A stretch of DNA of 42,415 nt from Hydrurus foetidus (Eukaryota), in contig UYFQ01000817.1 of NCBI GenBank assembly GCA_900617105.1, positions 1 through 42,415 on the forward strand, written 5' to 3'. Below the pieces are notes generated by a model, which did no database searches, was not told where the DNA came from, and worked only from the letters and a program-made list of their open reading frames with translations. A program made the position numbers and the translations under genes. Of this stretch, positions 13,501-25,767 are shown one piece after another; the first letter of the stretch is position 1; every line of letters starts with the position of its first letter.

Positions 13501-16500
13501 TGCTCAAAAGAGAAGACAACGTTCTATTCGGTAAGTTGGATTAAACGACAGTGACATGCTGTCGATTACATCTAGGTAGCATAACATGAGTGCGAGGGTT
13601 GCGGTTAATGCTATCGCTGAATGTACGTACACCCGTGCCTGAAAACAATCATGCATCACACAGGGTACAAGATCCTAGTCTAATCCGGACATCCCAACAC
13701 CCCCCCATGATGTTTATTGTTTGAATAAGTGAATATGTTAACTAGCATATGCTTGTATAGTACACTTATTGGTTATTGTTCATTATCTTTCACACATTAC
13801 TCAGGTAGGGAACTTAGTGTTAGGGTATGGTAAACAGTAAATTTTATTAAAAATATTTTTCACGGATTTTTTTTATATTGACAAGTTGCATCGTGATATG
13901 GTGTAAACATCATCCCTGTCATGTTCTTATCTAATCTCATGTCCATGTCGGCGTTGAGGTATGCTCCACTGATGTCGATAGCTGTCACCTTACGATCTTC
14001 GGATGCTGCGATACTCAACAGGGTGAATACAGAGCTAGTTCCTACAGTTGGTGCGGGCAAGTCGTCGTATAGAGTCTTGTCCTGCTGATCACCTCCAGCC
14101 ACAAGTCTCGCTTTCAGTTTCTCAAATTTTCCGCTTGCAAGGAATTTTCCTTGAGAAACATACTCGATCTTATAATACGTATTTTTCGGGAAAAAACTGT
14201 ATCGGTTCATCCTTATGTTGGAAATCTGGGCGATTTACACGGAATTTCTTCCGAGTTCCCAAACGATCCCTGCACTTCCGACTGCTAGCAACGCTTGCTC
14301 AAAAGAGAAGACAACGTTCTATTCGGTAAGTTGGATTAAACGACAGTGACATGCTGTCGATTACATCTAGGTAGCATAACATGAGTGCGAGGGTTGCGGT
14401 TAATGCTATCGCTGAATGTACGTACACCCGTGCCTGAAAACAATCATGCATCACACAGGGTACAAGATCCTAGTCTAATCCGGACATCCCAACACCCCCC
14501 CATGATGTTTATTGTTTGAATAAGTGAATATGTTAACTAGCATATGCTTGTATAGTACACTTATTGGTTATTGTTCATTATCTTTCACACATTACTCAGG
14601 TAGGGAACTTAGTGTTAGGGTATGGTAAACAGTAAATTTTATTAAAAATATTTTTCACGGATTTTTTTTATATTGACAAGTTGCATCGTGATATGGTGTA
14701 AACATCATCCCTGTCATGTTCTTATCTAATCTCATGTCCATGTCGGCGTTGAGGTATGCTCCACTGATGTCGATAGCTGTCACCTTACGATCTTCGGATG
14801 CTGCGATACTCAACAGGGTGAATACAGAGCTAGTTCCTACAGTTGGTGCGGGCAAGTCGTCGTATAGAGTCTTGTCCTGCTGATCACCTCCAGCCACAAG
14901 TCTCGCTTTCAGTTTCTCAAATTTTCCGCTTGCAAGGAATTTTCCTTGAGAAACATACTCGATCTTATAATACGTATTTTTCGGGAAAAAACTGTATCGG
15001 TTCATCCTTATGTTGGAAATCTGGGCGATTTACACGGAATTTCTTCCGAGTTCCCAAACGATCCCTGCACTTCCGACTGCTAGCAACGCTTGCTCAAAAG
15101 AGAAGACAACGTTCTATTCGGTAAGTTGGATTAAACGACAGTGACATGCTGTCGATTACATCTAGGTAGCATAACATGAGTGCGAGGGTTGCGGTTAATG
15201 CTATCGCTGAATGTACGTACACCCGTGCCTGAAAACAATCATGCATCACACAGGGTACAAGATCCTAGTCTAATCCGGACATCCCCATGATGTTTATTGT
15301 TTGAATAAGTGAATATGTTAACTAGCATATGCTTGTATAGTACACTTATTGGTTATTGTTCATTATCTTTCACACATTACTCAGGTAGGGAACTTAGTGT
15401 TAGGGTATGGTAAACAGTAAATTTTATTAAAAATATTTTTCACGGATTTTTTTTATATTGACAAGTTGCATCGTGATATGGTGTAAACATCATCCCTGTC
15501 ATGTTCTTATCTAATCTCATGTCCATGTCGGCGTTGAGGTATGCTCCACTGATGTCGATAGCTGTCACCTTACGATCTTCGGATGCTGCGATACTCAACA
15601 GGGTGAATACAGAGCTAGTTCCTACAGTTGGTGCGGGCAAGTCGTCGTATAGAGTCTTGTCCTGCTGATCACCTCCAGCCACAAGTCTCGCTTTCAGTTT
15701 CTCAAATTTTCCGCTTGCAAGGAATTTTCCTTGAGAAACATACTCGATCTTATAATACGTATTTTTCGGGAAAAAACTGTATCGGTTCATCCTTATGTTG
15801 GAAATCTGGGCGATTTACACGGAATTTCTTCCGAGTTCCCAAACGATCCCTGCACTTCCGACTGCTAGCAACGCTTGCTCAAAAGAGAAGACAACGTTCT
15901 ATTCGGTAAGTTGGATTAAACGACAGTGACATGCTGTCGATTACATCTAGGTAGCATAACATGAGTGCGAGGGTTGCGGTTAATGCTATCGCTGAATGTA
16001 CGTACACCCGTGCCTGAAAACAATCATGCATCACACAGGGTACAAGATCCTAGTCTAATCCGGACATCCCCATGATGTTTATTGTTTGAATAAGTGAATA
16101 TGTTAACTAGCATATGCTTGTATAGTACACTTATTGGTTATTGTTCATTATCTTTCACACATTACTCAGGTAGGGAACTTAGTGTTAGGGTATGGTAAAC
16201 AGTAAATTTTATTAAAAATATTTTTCACGGATTTTTTTTATATTGACAAGTTGCATCGTGATATGGTGTAAACATCATCCCTGTCATGTTCTTATCTAAT
16301 CTCATGTCCATGTCGGCGTTGAGGTATGCTCCACTGATGTCGATAGCTGTCACCTTACGATCTTCGGATGCTGCGATACTCAACAGGGTGAATACAGAGC
16401 TAGTTCCTACAGTTGGTGCGGGCAAGTCGTCGTATAGAGTCTTGTCCTGCTGATCACCTCCAGCCACAAGTCTCGCTTTCAGTTTCTCAAATTTTCCGCT

Positions 16501-19500
16501 TGCAAGGAATTTTCCTTGAGAAACATACTCGATCTTATAATACGTATTTTTCGGGAAAAAACTGTATCGGTTCATCCTTATGTTGGAAATCTGGGCGATT
16601 TACACGGAATTTCTTCCGAGTTCCCAAACGATCCCTGCACTTCCGACTGCTAGCAACGCTTGCTCAAAAGAGAAGACAACGTTCTATTCGGTAAGTTGGA
16701 TTAAACGACAGTGACATGCTGTCGATTACATCTAGGTAGCATAACATGAGTGCGAGGGTTGCGGTTAATGCTATCGCTGAATGTACGTACACCCGTGCCT
16801 GAAAACAATCATGCATCACACAGGGTACAAGATCCTAGTCTAATCCGGACATCCCAACACCCCCCCATGATGTTTATTGTTTGAATAAGTGAATATGTTA
16901 ACTAGCATATGCTTGTATAGTACACTTATTGGTTATTGTTCATTATCTTTCACACATTACTCAGGTAGGGAACTTAGTGTTAGGGTATGGTAAACAGTAA
17001 ATTTTATTAAAAATATTTTTCACGGATTTTTTTTATATTGACAAGTTGCATCGTGATATGGTGTAAACATCATCCCTGTCATGTTCTTATCTAATCTCAT
17101 GTCCATGTCGGCGTTGAGGTATGCTCCACTGATGTCGATAGCTGTCACCTTACGATCTTCGGATGCTGCGATACTCAACAGGGTGAATACAGAGCTAGTT
17201 CCTACAGTTGGTGCGGGCAAGTCGTCGTATAGAGTCTTGTCCTGCTGATCACCTCCAGCCACAAGTCTCGCTTTCAGTTTCTCAAATTTTCCGCTTGCAA
17301 GGAATTTTCCTTGAGAAACATACTCGATCTTATAATACGTATTTTTCGGGAAAAAACTGTATCGGTTCATCCTTATGTTGGAAATCTGGGCGATTTACAC
17401 GGAATTTCTTCCGAGTTCCCAAACGATCCCTGCACTTCCGACTGCTAGCAACGCTTGCTCAAAAGAGAAGACAACGTTCTATTCGGTAAGTTGGATTAAA
17501 CGACAGTGACATGCTGTCGATTACATCTAGGTAGCATAACATGAGTGCGAGGGTTGCGGTTAATGCTATCGCTGAATGTACGTACACCCGTGCCTGAAAA
17601 CAATCATGCATCACACAGGGTACAAGATCCTAGTCTAATCCGGACATCCCAACACCCCCCCATGATGTTTATTGTTTGAATAAGTGAATATGTTAACTAG
17701 CATATGCTTGTATAGTACACTTATTGGTTATTGTTCATTATCTTTCACACATTACTCAGGTAGGGAACTTAGTGTTAGGGTATGGTAAACAGTAAATTTT
17801 ATTAAAAATATTTTTCACGGATTTTTTTTATATTGACAAGTTGCATCGTGATATGGTGTAAACATCATCCCTGTCATGTTCTTATCTAATCTCATGTCCA
17901 TGTCGGCGTTGAGGTATGCTCCACTGATGTCGATAGCTGTCACCTTACGATCTTCGGATGCTGCGATACTCAACAGGGTGAATACAGAGCTAGTTCCTAC
18001 AGTTGGTGCGGGCAAGTCGTCGTATAGAGTCTTGTCCTGCTGATCACCTCCAGCCACAAGTCTCGCTTTCAGTTTCTCAAATTTTCCGCTTGCAAGGAAT
18101 TTTCCTTGAGAAACATACTCGATCTTATAATACGTATTTTTCGGGAAAAACTGTATCGGTTCATCCTTATGTTGGAAATCTGGGCGATTTACACGGAATT
18201 TCTTCCGAGTTCCCAAACGATCCCTGCACTTCCGACTGCTAGCAACGCTTGCTCAAAAGAGAAGACAACGTTCTATTCGGTAAGTTGGATTAAACGACAG
18301 TGACATGCTGTCGATTACATCTAGGTAGCATAACATGAGTGCGAGGGTTGCGGTTAATGCTATCGCTGAATGTACGTACACCCGTGCCTGAAAACAATCA
18401 TGCATCACACAGGGTACAAGATCCTAGTCTAATCCGGACATCCCCATGATGTTTATTGTTTGAATAAGTGAATATGTTAACTAGCATATGCTTGTATAGT
18501 ACACTTATTGGTTATTGTTCATTATCTTTCACACATTACTCAGGTAGGGAACTTAGTGTTAGGGTATGGTAAACAGTAAATTTTATTAAAAATATTTTTC
18601 ACGGATTTTTTTTATATTGACAAGTTGCATCGTGATATGGTGTAAACATCATCCCTGTCATGTTCTTATCTAATCTCATGTCCATGTCGGCGTTGAGGTA
18701 TGCTCCACTGATGTCGATAGCTGTCACCTTACGATCTTCGGATGCTGCGATACTCAACAGGGTGAATACAGAGCTAGTTCCTACAGTTGGTGCGGGCAAG
18801 TCGTCGTATAGAGTCTTGTCCTGCTGATCACCTCCAGCCACAAGTCTCGCTTTCAGTTTCTCAAATTTTCCGCTTGCAAGGAATTTTCCTTGAGAAACAT
18901 ACTCGATCTTATAATACGTATTTTTCGGGAAAAAACTGTATCGGTTCATCCTTATGTTGGAAATCTGGGCGATTTACACGGAATTTCTTCCGAGTTCCCA
19001 AACGATCCCTGCACTTCCGACTGCTAGCAACGCTTGCTCAAAAGAGAAGACAACGTTCTATTCGGTAAGTTGGATTAAACGACAGTGACATGCTGTCGAT
19101 TACATCTAGGTAGCATAACATGAGTGCGAGGGTTGCGGTTAATGCTATCGCTGAATGTACGTACACCCGTGCCTGAAAACAATCATGCATCACACAGGGT
19201 ACAAGATCCTAGTCTAATCCGGACATCCCCATGATGTTTATTGTTTGAATAAGTGAATATGTTAACTAGCATATGCTTGTATAGTACACTTATTGGTTAT
19301 TGTTCATTATCTTTCACACATTACTCAGGTAGGGAACTTAGTGTTAGGGTATGGTAAACAGTAAATTTTATTAAAAATATTTTTCACGGATTTTTTTTAT
19401 ATTGACAAGTTGCATCGTGATATGGTGTAAACATCATCCCTGTCATGTTCTTATCTAATCTCATGTCCATGTCGGCGTTGAGGTATGCTCCACTGATGTC

Positions 19501-20851
19501 GATAGCTGTCACCTTACGATCTTCGGATGCTGCGATACTCAACAGGGTGAATACAGAGCTAGTTCCTACAGTTGGTGCGGGCAAGTCGTCGTATAGAGTC
19601 TTGTCCTGCTGATCACCTCCAGCCACAAGTCTCGCTTTCAGTTTCTCAAATTTTCCGCTTGCAAGGAATTTTCCTTGAGAAACATACTCGATCTTATAAT
19701 ACGTATTTTTCGGGAAAAAACTGTATCGGTTCATCCTTATGTTGGAAATCTGGGCGATTTACACGGAATTTCTTCCGAGTTCCCAAACGATCCCTGCACT
19801 TCCGACTGCTAGCAACGCTTGCTCAAAAGAGAAGACAACGTTCTATTCGGTAAGTTGGATTAAACGACAGTGACATGCTGTCGATTACATCTAGGTAGCA
19901 TAACATGAGTGCGAGGGTTGCGGTTAATGCTATCGCTGAATGTACGTACACCCGTGCCTGAAAACAATCATGCATCACACAGGGTACAAGATCCTAGTCT
20001 AATCCGGACATCCCAACACCCCCCCATGATGTTTATTGTTTGAATAAGTGAATATGTTAACTAGCATATGCTTGTATAGTACACTTATTGGTTATTGTTC
20101 ATTATCTTTCACACATTACTCAGGTAGGGAACTTAGTGTTAGGGTATGGTAAACAGTAAATTTTATTAAAAATATTTTTCACGGATTTTTTTTATATTGA
20201 CAAGTTGCATCGTGATATGGTGTAAACATCATCCCTGTCATGTTCTTATCTAATCTCATGTCCATGTCGGCGTTGAGGTATGCTCCACTGATGTCGATAG
20301 CTGTCACCTTACGATCTTCGGATGCTGCGATACTCAACAGGGTGAATACAGAGCTAGTTCCTACAGTTGGTGCGGGCAAGTCGTCGTATAGAGTCTTGTC
20401 CTGCTGATCACCTCCAGCCACAAGTCTCGCTTTCAGTTTCTCAAATTTTCCGCTTGCAAGGAATTTTCCTTGAGAAACATACTCGATCTTATAATACGTA
20501 TTTTTCGGGAAAAAACTGTATCGGTTCATCCTTATGTTGGAAATCTGGGCGATTTACACGGAATTTCTTCCGAGTTCCCAAACGATCCCTGCACTTCCGA
20601 CTGCTAGCAACGCTTGCTCAAAAGAGAAGACAACGTTCTATTCGGTAAGTTGGATTAAACGACAGTGACATGCTGTCGATTACATCTAGGTAGCATAACA
20701 TGAGTGCGAGGGTTGCGGTTAATGCTATCGCTGAATGTACGTACACCCGTGCCTGAAAACAATCATGCATCACACAGGGTACAAGATCCTAGTCTAATCC
20801 GGACATCCCAACACCCCCCATGATGTTTATTGTTATGTACATCCTAACCAG

Positions 20852-23800
20852 GGACCTACTTCTATAAGCCCGTCATGTACGCTACGTGCTGTCCAACTTA
20901 CACTATCAGATTAGAGGCGACACGATTCAAAATATCGAAGAAACAGAGACAAGTTATCAGAAGGGTGGAGAGATTTTTAGAATGTGGCAGTGTTCTGCAA
21001 TGTGATGAAGTTCCTAGAGCCAGCAGTACTCAGAACACATCAAACGGAACAGTTACACCATGCGCTTCAGAATCACCATTAGGAGTTAGCGTAGTAAACA
21101 GAGCTGTTGTAACATCTAGTACGACAGACCCAAAACATATTCTGACAGTTGAAACTGTGGAAGCAGAGTCCACAACGGAGAGATATCAGCTCTACAAGAA
21201 ATATCAAATTGCAGTCCATGGTGACGCACCCTCTAAAATCACACCAACAGGCTTTAAGCGATTTCTTGTTGATTCTCCATTATTTGATTCCTCAGAGAAT
21301 TCTGCTGAGAAGAAATCAGTGAAAAGTGGGGAGGTGAATGAGAGTGTGAGTGTGAGCAATTTCAATGCAGGGGAAACGGACCAGAACAATATTCCTAAGA
21401 AATGGCAGTACGGTACGTACCACCAATTACACCGTCTTGATGGGCGACTAGTAGCCGTAGGAGTGGTGGACATTCTGCCTTCTGGTTTGTCTTCTGTCTA
21501 CCTGTTCTACGATCCGGACGAAAAGCTGCTGTCGCTCGGTACGTACGTGTCTCTGTACTTGTATGTGTGGAGTCAAGATTGAAAGTATGATCGATGTCAG
21601 CAACGCGGTTGTGCCACAATGTGATCAGATTGCTGACCATGCTTTCAAAGTGCTGTATCCTATACTCCTCTCTCTTGCATCAAAATGATTCAAGGCAAAT
21701 ATTGTTTATTGGTCCTATATGTGATTTGCATCAAAACAAATCGCGACGGAACAGTTACTGTTTATCAGTATTGTGCTGTGAGAGACTGAGGTCCTCTACG
21801 GTATGTTGATTGATATCACGATATTCCTATTGCTACTCAACGATTTTCATCAAGGCAGAGGCAAACAATGAAATCAGGCTACGACTCAAACTGATTTATT
21901 TGTTTCGTCTGTCTGATGATACTTTCTCTCTCTGTCCAATCACCTTTTTCTTTCCATCCTTTCCATCTACTGCTTTTTCTTCTCCTCTCTCTTTTTCTCC
22001 CTCCTATTGTACTTGTTCTCATTGAAGAACAATCACCCAACGGCTTCTTCTTTGTCAAGCCTCTTCAACGCATCTATCTACTGGTGCCCTCCCCCATACC
22101 TATCTCGCCTCACTTTAACTGTTGCCATAAAAATGAATCCAGGAAAATACACCGCAATAAAGGAAATAGAATTCTGCAAGAAAAACAATTTAAAGTATTA
22201 CTATATGGGATTCTATATTCATTCATGCAAGAAAATGAGATACAAAGGAGAATACGAGCCATCTGAACTATTATGCCCTACAGCTCTAGATTGGCATCCG
22301 TACAAAAAAAGTGTGTCACTTTTAGACAAGAATAAATTCACACCATTAAATGATCATTTTGTGCAACAAATGACTGCAGTAATGAAAATGGAAAATGAAA
22401 AGTTGAAGAACAATTTCAATTTCACTTTCAATGGAGATGAGGAACATTGCCGAGAACCTGTACAGGATAATAATCGTGATTTTGATAACGAAGCAGTGAC
22501 ACACGGAAATGACAGTACACTTAATGTCAATCTAAGAGGAGATGGCAGCAATGACGAGCATGAGAATCAGACGAACAATTACAGTAAGAATGAATTTTTA
22601 AGTTCATTAAGTTTAAATGAGAAAATGAAACATCCGTCATTGAAACTGTTTTCCCCCCAATTCAACTTCGACCCCTCCCTCCACATATACTCTCCTTTCT
22701 CTTCTACCTCTACTTCCCATGCGACATGTAGCAACGCGTCGTCACACTCTCTCACCTCTTCATCTTCATCTTCTTCATCTTGTTTAGAAGATCCTTCAAA
22801 CTTGCCTGTACACAGCACCGACACCACCACCAACACCGACACCAACACTCTCTCTTCCTCCTCCTCCTCCTCTGCATGTCCCTCTGTATTCGACAACACA
22901 TCTTCTGCCCCTTCATCAGTCGCAGCTGGTCTCTTCCTCAGAACGAACAAAACAGAACATCAAAAAATGAAAAGTAATTTGAAATTAGCGCAGAAAAAAA
23001 AACATGAAAATGTCATTTCTGCAGAGGATGAAAACGTTCTTCGAGAAGAAGACTACAGGTTGAATAATGAGATGGCAAGAGAGCAAGAGAAGGAAAGTGA
23101 CGAAGATAGGCGGAAGAGATACGCTGCAGTGGAGAACAATCTCGTTGAAAGAATACCCATCGATCTCGGAACAGGTACGGAATCTATCGGTCCAAGATCC
23201 GCTGCGATAACTATTGCGAGACAGTTTCTAACCAAATCGCTGACTGTTTTTAATGTTGACATTCTGCTGCTCTTTTCCATTTCAATATCTCCTGCGTTGT
23301 TCTACTCTACCCCATTTTGTTACTCTGACATGCGACACAATAGATATGCTATCTCAGGGTCTCAGTTCTCATGACTGCACATGGGATTGAGGCACTAGCA
23401 TACCAGATATTGCCATGATGTGACCCATTTGTCTGAGTCCCTACAAGCGATGTGAATCATACACTCATATGTTCACCACAGAACATGAAATCAAAAAGCT
23501 ACTGCAACGAGATCGACACCTCGACCACTGATATTGGTCGAGGATACATACCACTATGACGTCTCCACCATCATCAGTGATGACATCATCAACATGTTGC
23601 ACATCGCGATATCATGAGCTATACAATCACATAACGGTGGCACAATAAAATCTTATTTTCACACATTGCACCATGTCATCCCTTTTGTCATTACTGAAAT
23701 TGATTCACATTTCACTCTCATCGTCTCACTTTACCCGTCTCATTCTTCTTCCTCTCTTTCCCTGTTATCTTGTTTGATTCGATTCTTTCTTTTCTCTATC

Positions 23801-24142
23801 ATTCCAGGGCAAATTCTCACTACACTGTGCATCCAGAAGAAAGAAAGGTTCGTGAACAGTACATTTGACTTTCAATTTATTCTGTCTTAGAGCACTCCTC
23901 ACTTTCACCACTCATTACCGCATAACATTGCATTAATTCGTGATATTCGTTCTTTTCCCTCTGATTATGAATTATATTAAATGCTGAGATAGCTTAAGTA
24001 AAGTGCACGACACTCGCCATCGACACTTCCCTGAAATGTTACTCACTCATCTCAACACAGACATTTTGTGAATATGCACTTGACGGAATGGATGAGTTAC
24101 AGCGGACCGGAAATCAGTTCTAGAGTAGTCGTGAAATTATAG
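20852..24142 (+). CDS. ATE1: Arginyl-tRNA--protein transferase 1, 5'-partial; exons 20852-21538, 22143-23174, 23808-23847, 24061-24142
   Basis: Motifs: GTYFYKP..TCCPTYTIRL, YKKYQIAVHGD, GFKRFLVDSPL, YGTYHQLHRLDGRLVAVGVVDILPSGLSSVYLFYDPD, LSLG|KYTAIKEI, YYYMGFYIHSCKKMRYKGEYEPSELLCP. GT-AG introns are phase-consistent and end in LTEWMSYSGPEISSRVVVKL*. The last two exons are less certain. The N-terminal CGYC/GWRRS part is not in the window. Confidence 0.9.
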
Positions 24143-24607
24143 GGTGAAATTTTCGGGGATTATTTCTTCTAATCTGCTCTTTTCTCGCTTGCCCTTTTTA
24201 CCAATCCTTAGCCGTGCATTTTGAATTGTATTACTATGATTTAAAGCGATTCTTCAATTGTAAACTCTAATCGGGAGGGAACACAATCTAATTATTCTCT
24301 GTGCGCAGTCCGCAAGCAAAGAGGAAGTGCTTTACATAGCTGTCGGGTCCGTTAGTGTGTACTAGTGGCACTAGCTTATACCTGCATGTAGGTAGCTGCA
24401 CGCGCACTATTTCTGTCTCTCTCCCCTGCCTTCTCTCTACATATTCTTTCCCGTCTCTATTTTGTCGGCGAAGAGTATTTATGTTTCCATTATTAATGCC
24501 AGTGAGGTTATCGCAGTGAGAGCATGAGGCGACTGTGCAATTTAATTTCAGTGTGTGTAGTTCGCGTCATCATCAGGTACCTGTACGTGTACTATTTCAG
24601 TCCGTTT

Positions 24608-25313
24608 CCCCTTCCTCTCAAGGACTTCATGCGGAGAGTATTTGTGTTTCTACTATGAACGCTTTTGAGATCGATAGCTAGAAGAGAAGTATTGCAGTGA
24701 GAGCATTAGATGAATGTGCGGTCGTTTCGTTTCTGCGTTGTTGGTGAGTATCGGAGTTGAATTGACTTTATTTTGCAGTTGCAGATCGGTGCATGGTTGC
24801 ACCTTGTGCATGTGCAGTATTTGTGTGTAAAGTGGTTGTGTTTTGGTGAGGTTAGGTGGGAGGGGGGATGTTTGCTAGAGAAGAGTGAGAGAGGTGTATG
24901 TGCAGTTCTGTGTATGTATTGGAGTTTTTTAACGACGACGTCATCAAGAACTCCCTCGTTGTCTAACGGTTAGGATATAAGGTTCTCAATTCCCAAGGAA
25001 TTCCTTGGGGCCCGGGTTCGATTCCCGGCGAGGGAAAGTCGACACGCTTTTTGTTTTGTCTCATTTTTTGTCTTGTTTCGTTTTGTTTTCCTCCACTATG
25101 TTTTCTTCTCATTACACTTACCGTGCCACGCTACCTTGCCTTGCCTTATTGTGCCCTACTCTGCTCTTTCCGGCCATGCCCTGCCTTAGTTTGCTATGTA
25201 CAGTAAGACCACTCTCATCCCTTTTCATTTCCTCGCGAATCATCCTACCACACATGCTTTGACGTCTTTCTTTTTCATGCTCATTTTCATTCATGCTCAT
25301 TTTCATTCCCAAT
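24608..25313 (+). repeat. ~700-bp tRNA-Glu cassette, near-identical to 27965-28653
   Basis: Both start CCCCTTCCTCTCAAGGACTTC and end TTTCATTCCCAAT. This copy has an extra 17-bp local duplication near 25275-25307. Confidence 0.95.
24952..25036 (+). tRNA. tRNA-Glu(CTC) with a 13-nt canonical intron (24989-25001), copy 1
   Basis: Acceptor stem TCCCTCG/CGAGGGA, D arm, anticodon stem TAAGG/CCTTG with loop TT-CTC-A^T, and T arm CCGGG-TTCGATT-CCCGG. Total 85 nt = 72 + 13. A T5 Pol III terminator lies ~11 nt downstream. Confidence 0.9.
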
Positions 25314-25767
25314 TCGACTAATCAATCTAATCCGGGTCATTGTGAGACATAATTTTACAACTCTTTTTTATATGTCCTTTTACAGTAGGATAACCAATTC
25401 AGAATACTGCTCTCTGTAAATCACGCTTACTTATTCGTTGAATTCTGAACTTATTCGACGATCAGCAATATATCAGTTCCATTATCTTCTTCAACGGAGT
25501 TATACAAGATCGGTTGTCACATACTTGGTATTCAAAGAGCGACTCTGGTCGCAACAATTCTGCGCGCGGGGTAGGAAACTGTTGAGCGATGTACGAGACA
25601 ATTTCATTTCACTTTTGACACAGTTTACTGATTGCGCACCGTTCGGTAGGGTATTGACGTAAATGCGGAAGGAGAGTTGATGAATTCCTAAAACTAAACT
25701 GTCATGAACTGCGTTGGATGAACTGATGGGGACAGTGAACGAAGAGCGAAGGGCAAAATATTCAAAT

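Larger units (their letters stand above)
569..20834. repeat. Tandem array of ~25.5 copies of a 784-795 bp unit derived from a Ty1/copia LTR retrotransposon
   Basis: The same minus-strand ORF recurs 25 times with spacings of 784-795 bp, plus a diverged partial first copy at 569-736. Units differ only by a few SNPs, homopolymer lengths and a 10-bp deletion. Confidence 0.98.

Noticed and set aside
569..20834. CRISPR-like or multi-gene array of 116-aa proteins; plus-strand 93/79/69/65-aa ORFs
   Set aside because: Units are near-identical with no unique spacers. The minus-strand ORF is a frameshifted RT fragment and the plus-strand ORFs are its antisense shadows.
20852..25036. Functional coupling of ATE1 with the adjacent tRNA cluster
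   Set aside because: ATE1 uses Arg-tRNA and these are tRNA-Glu genes. The tRNAs are explained by ZNRD2 intron duplications.
24952..25036. Reading the tRNA as a Sec/suppressor (TCA) or long-variable-arm tRNA
   Set aside because: The 7-bp acceptor stem, Glu-type sequence and U33-CTC-A37 register, with a 13-nt intron at 37/38, give a normal 72-nt tRNA-Glu.
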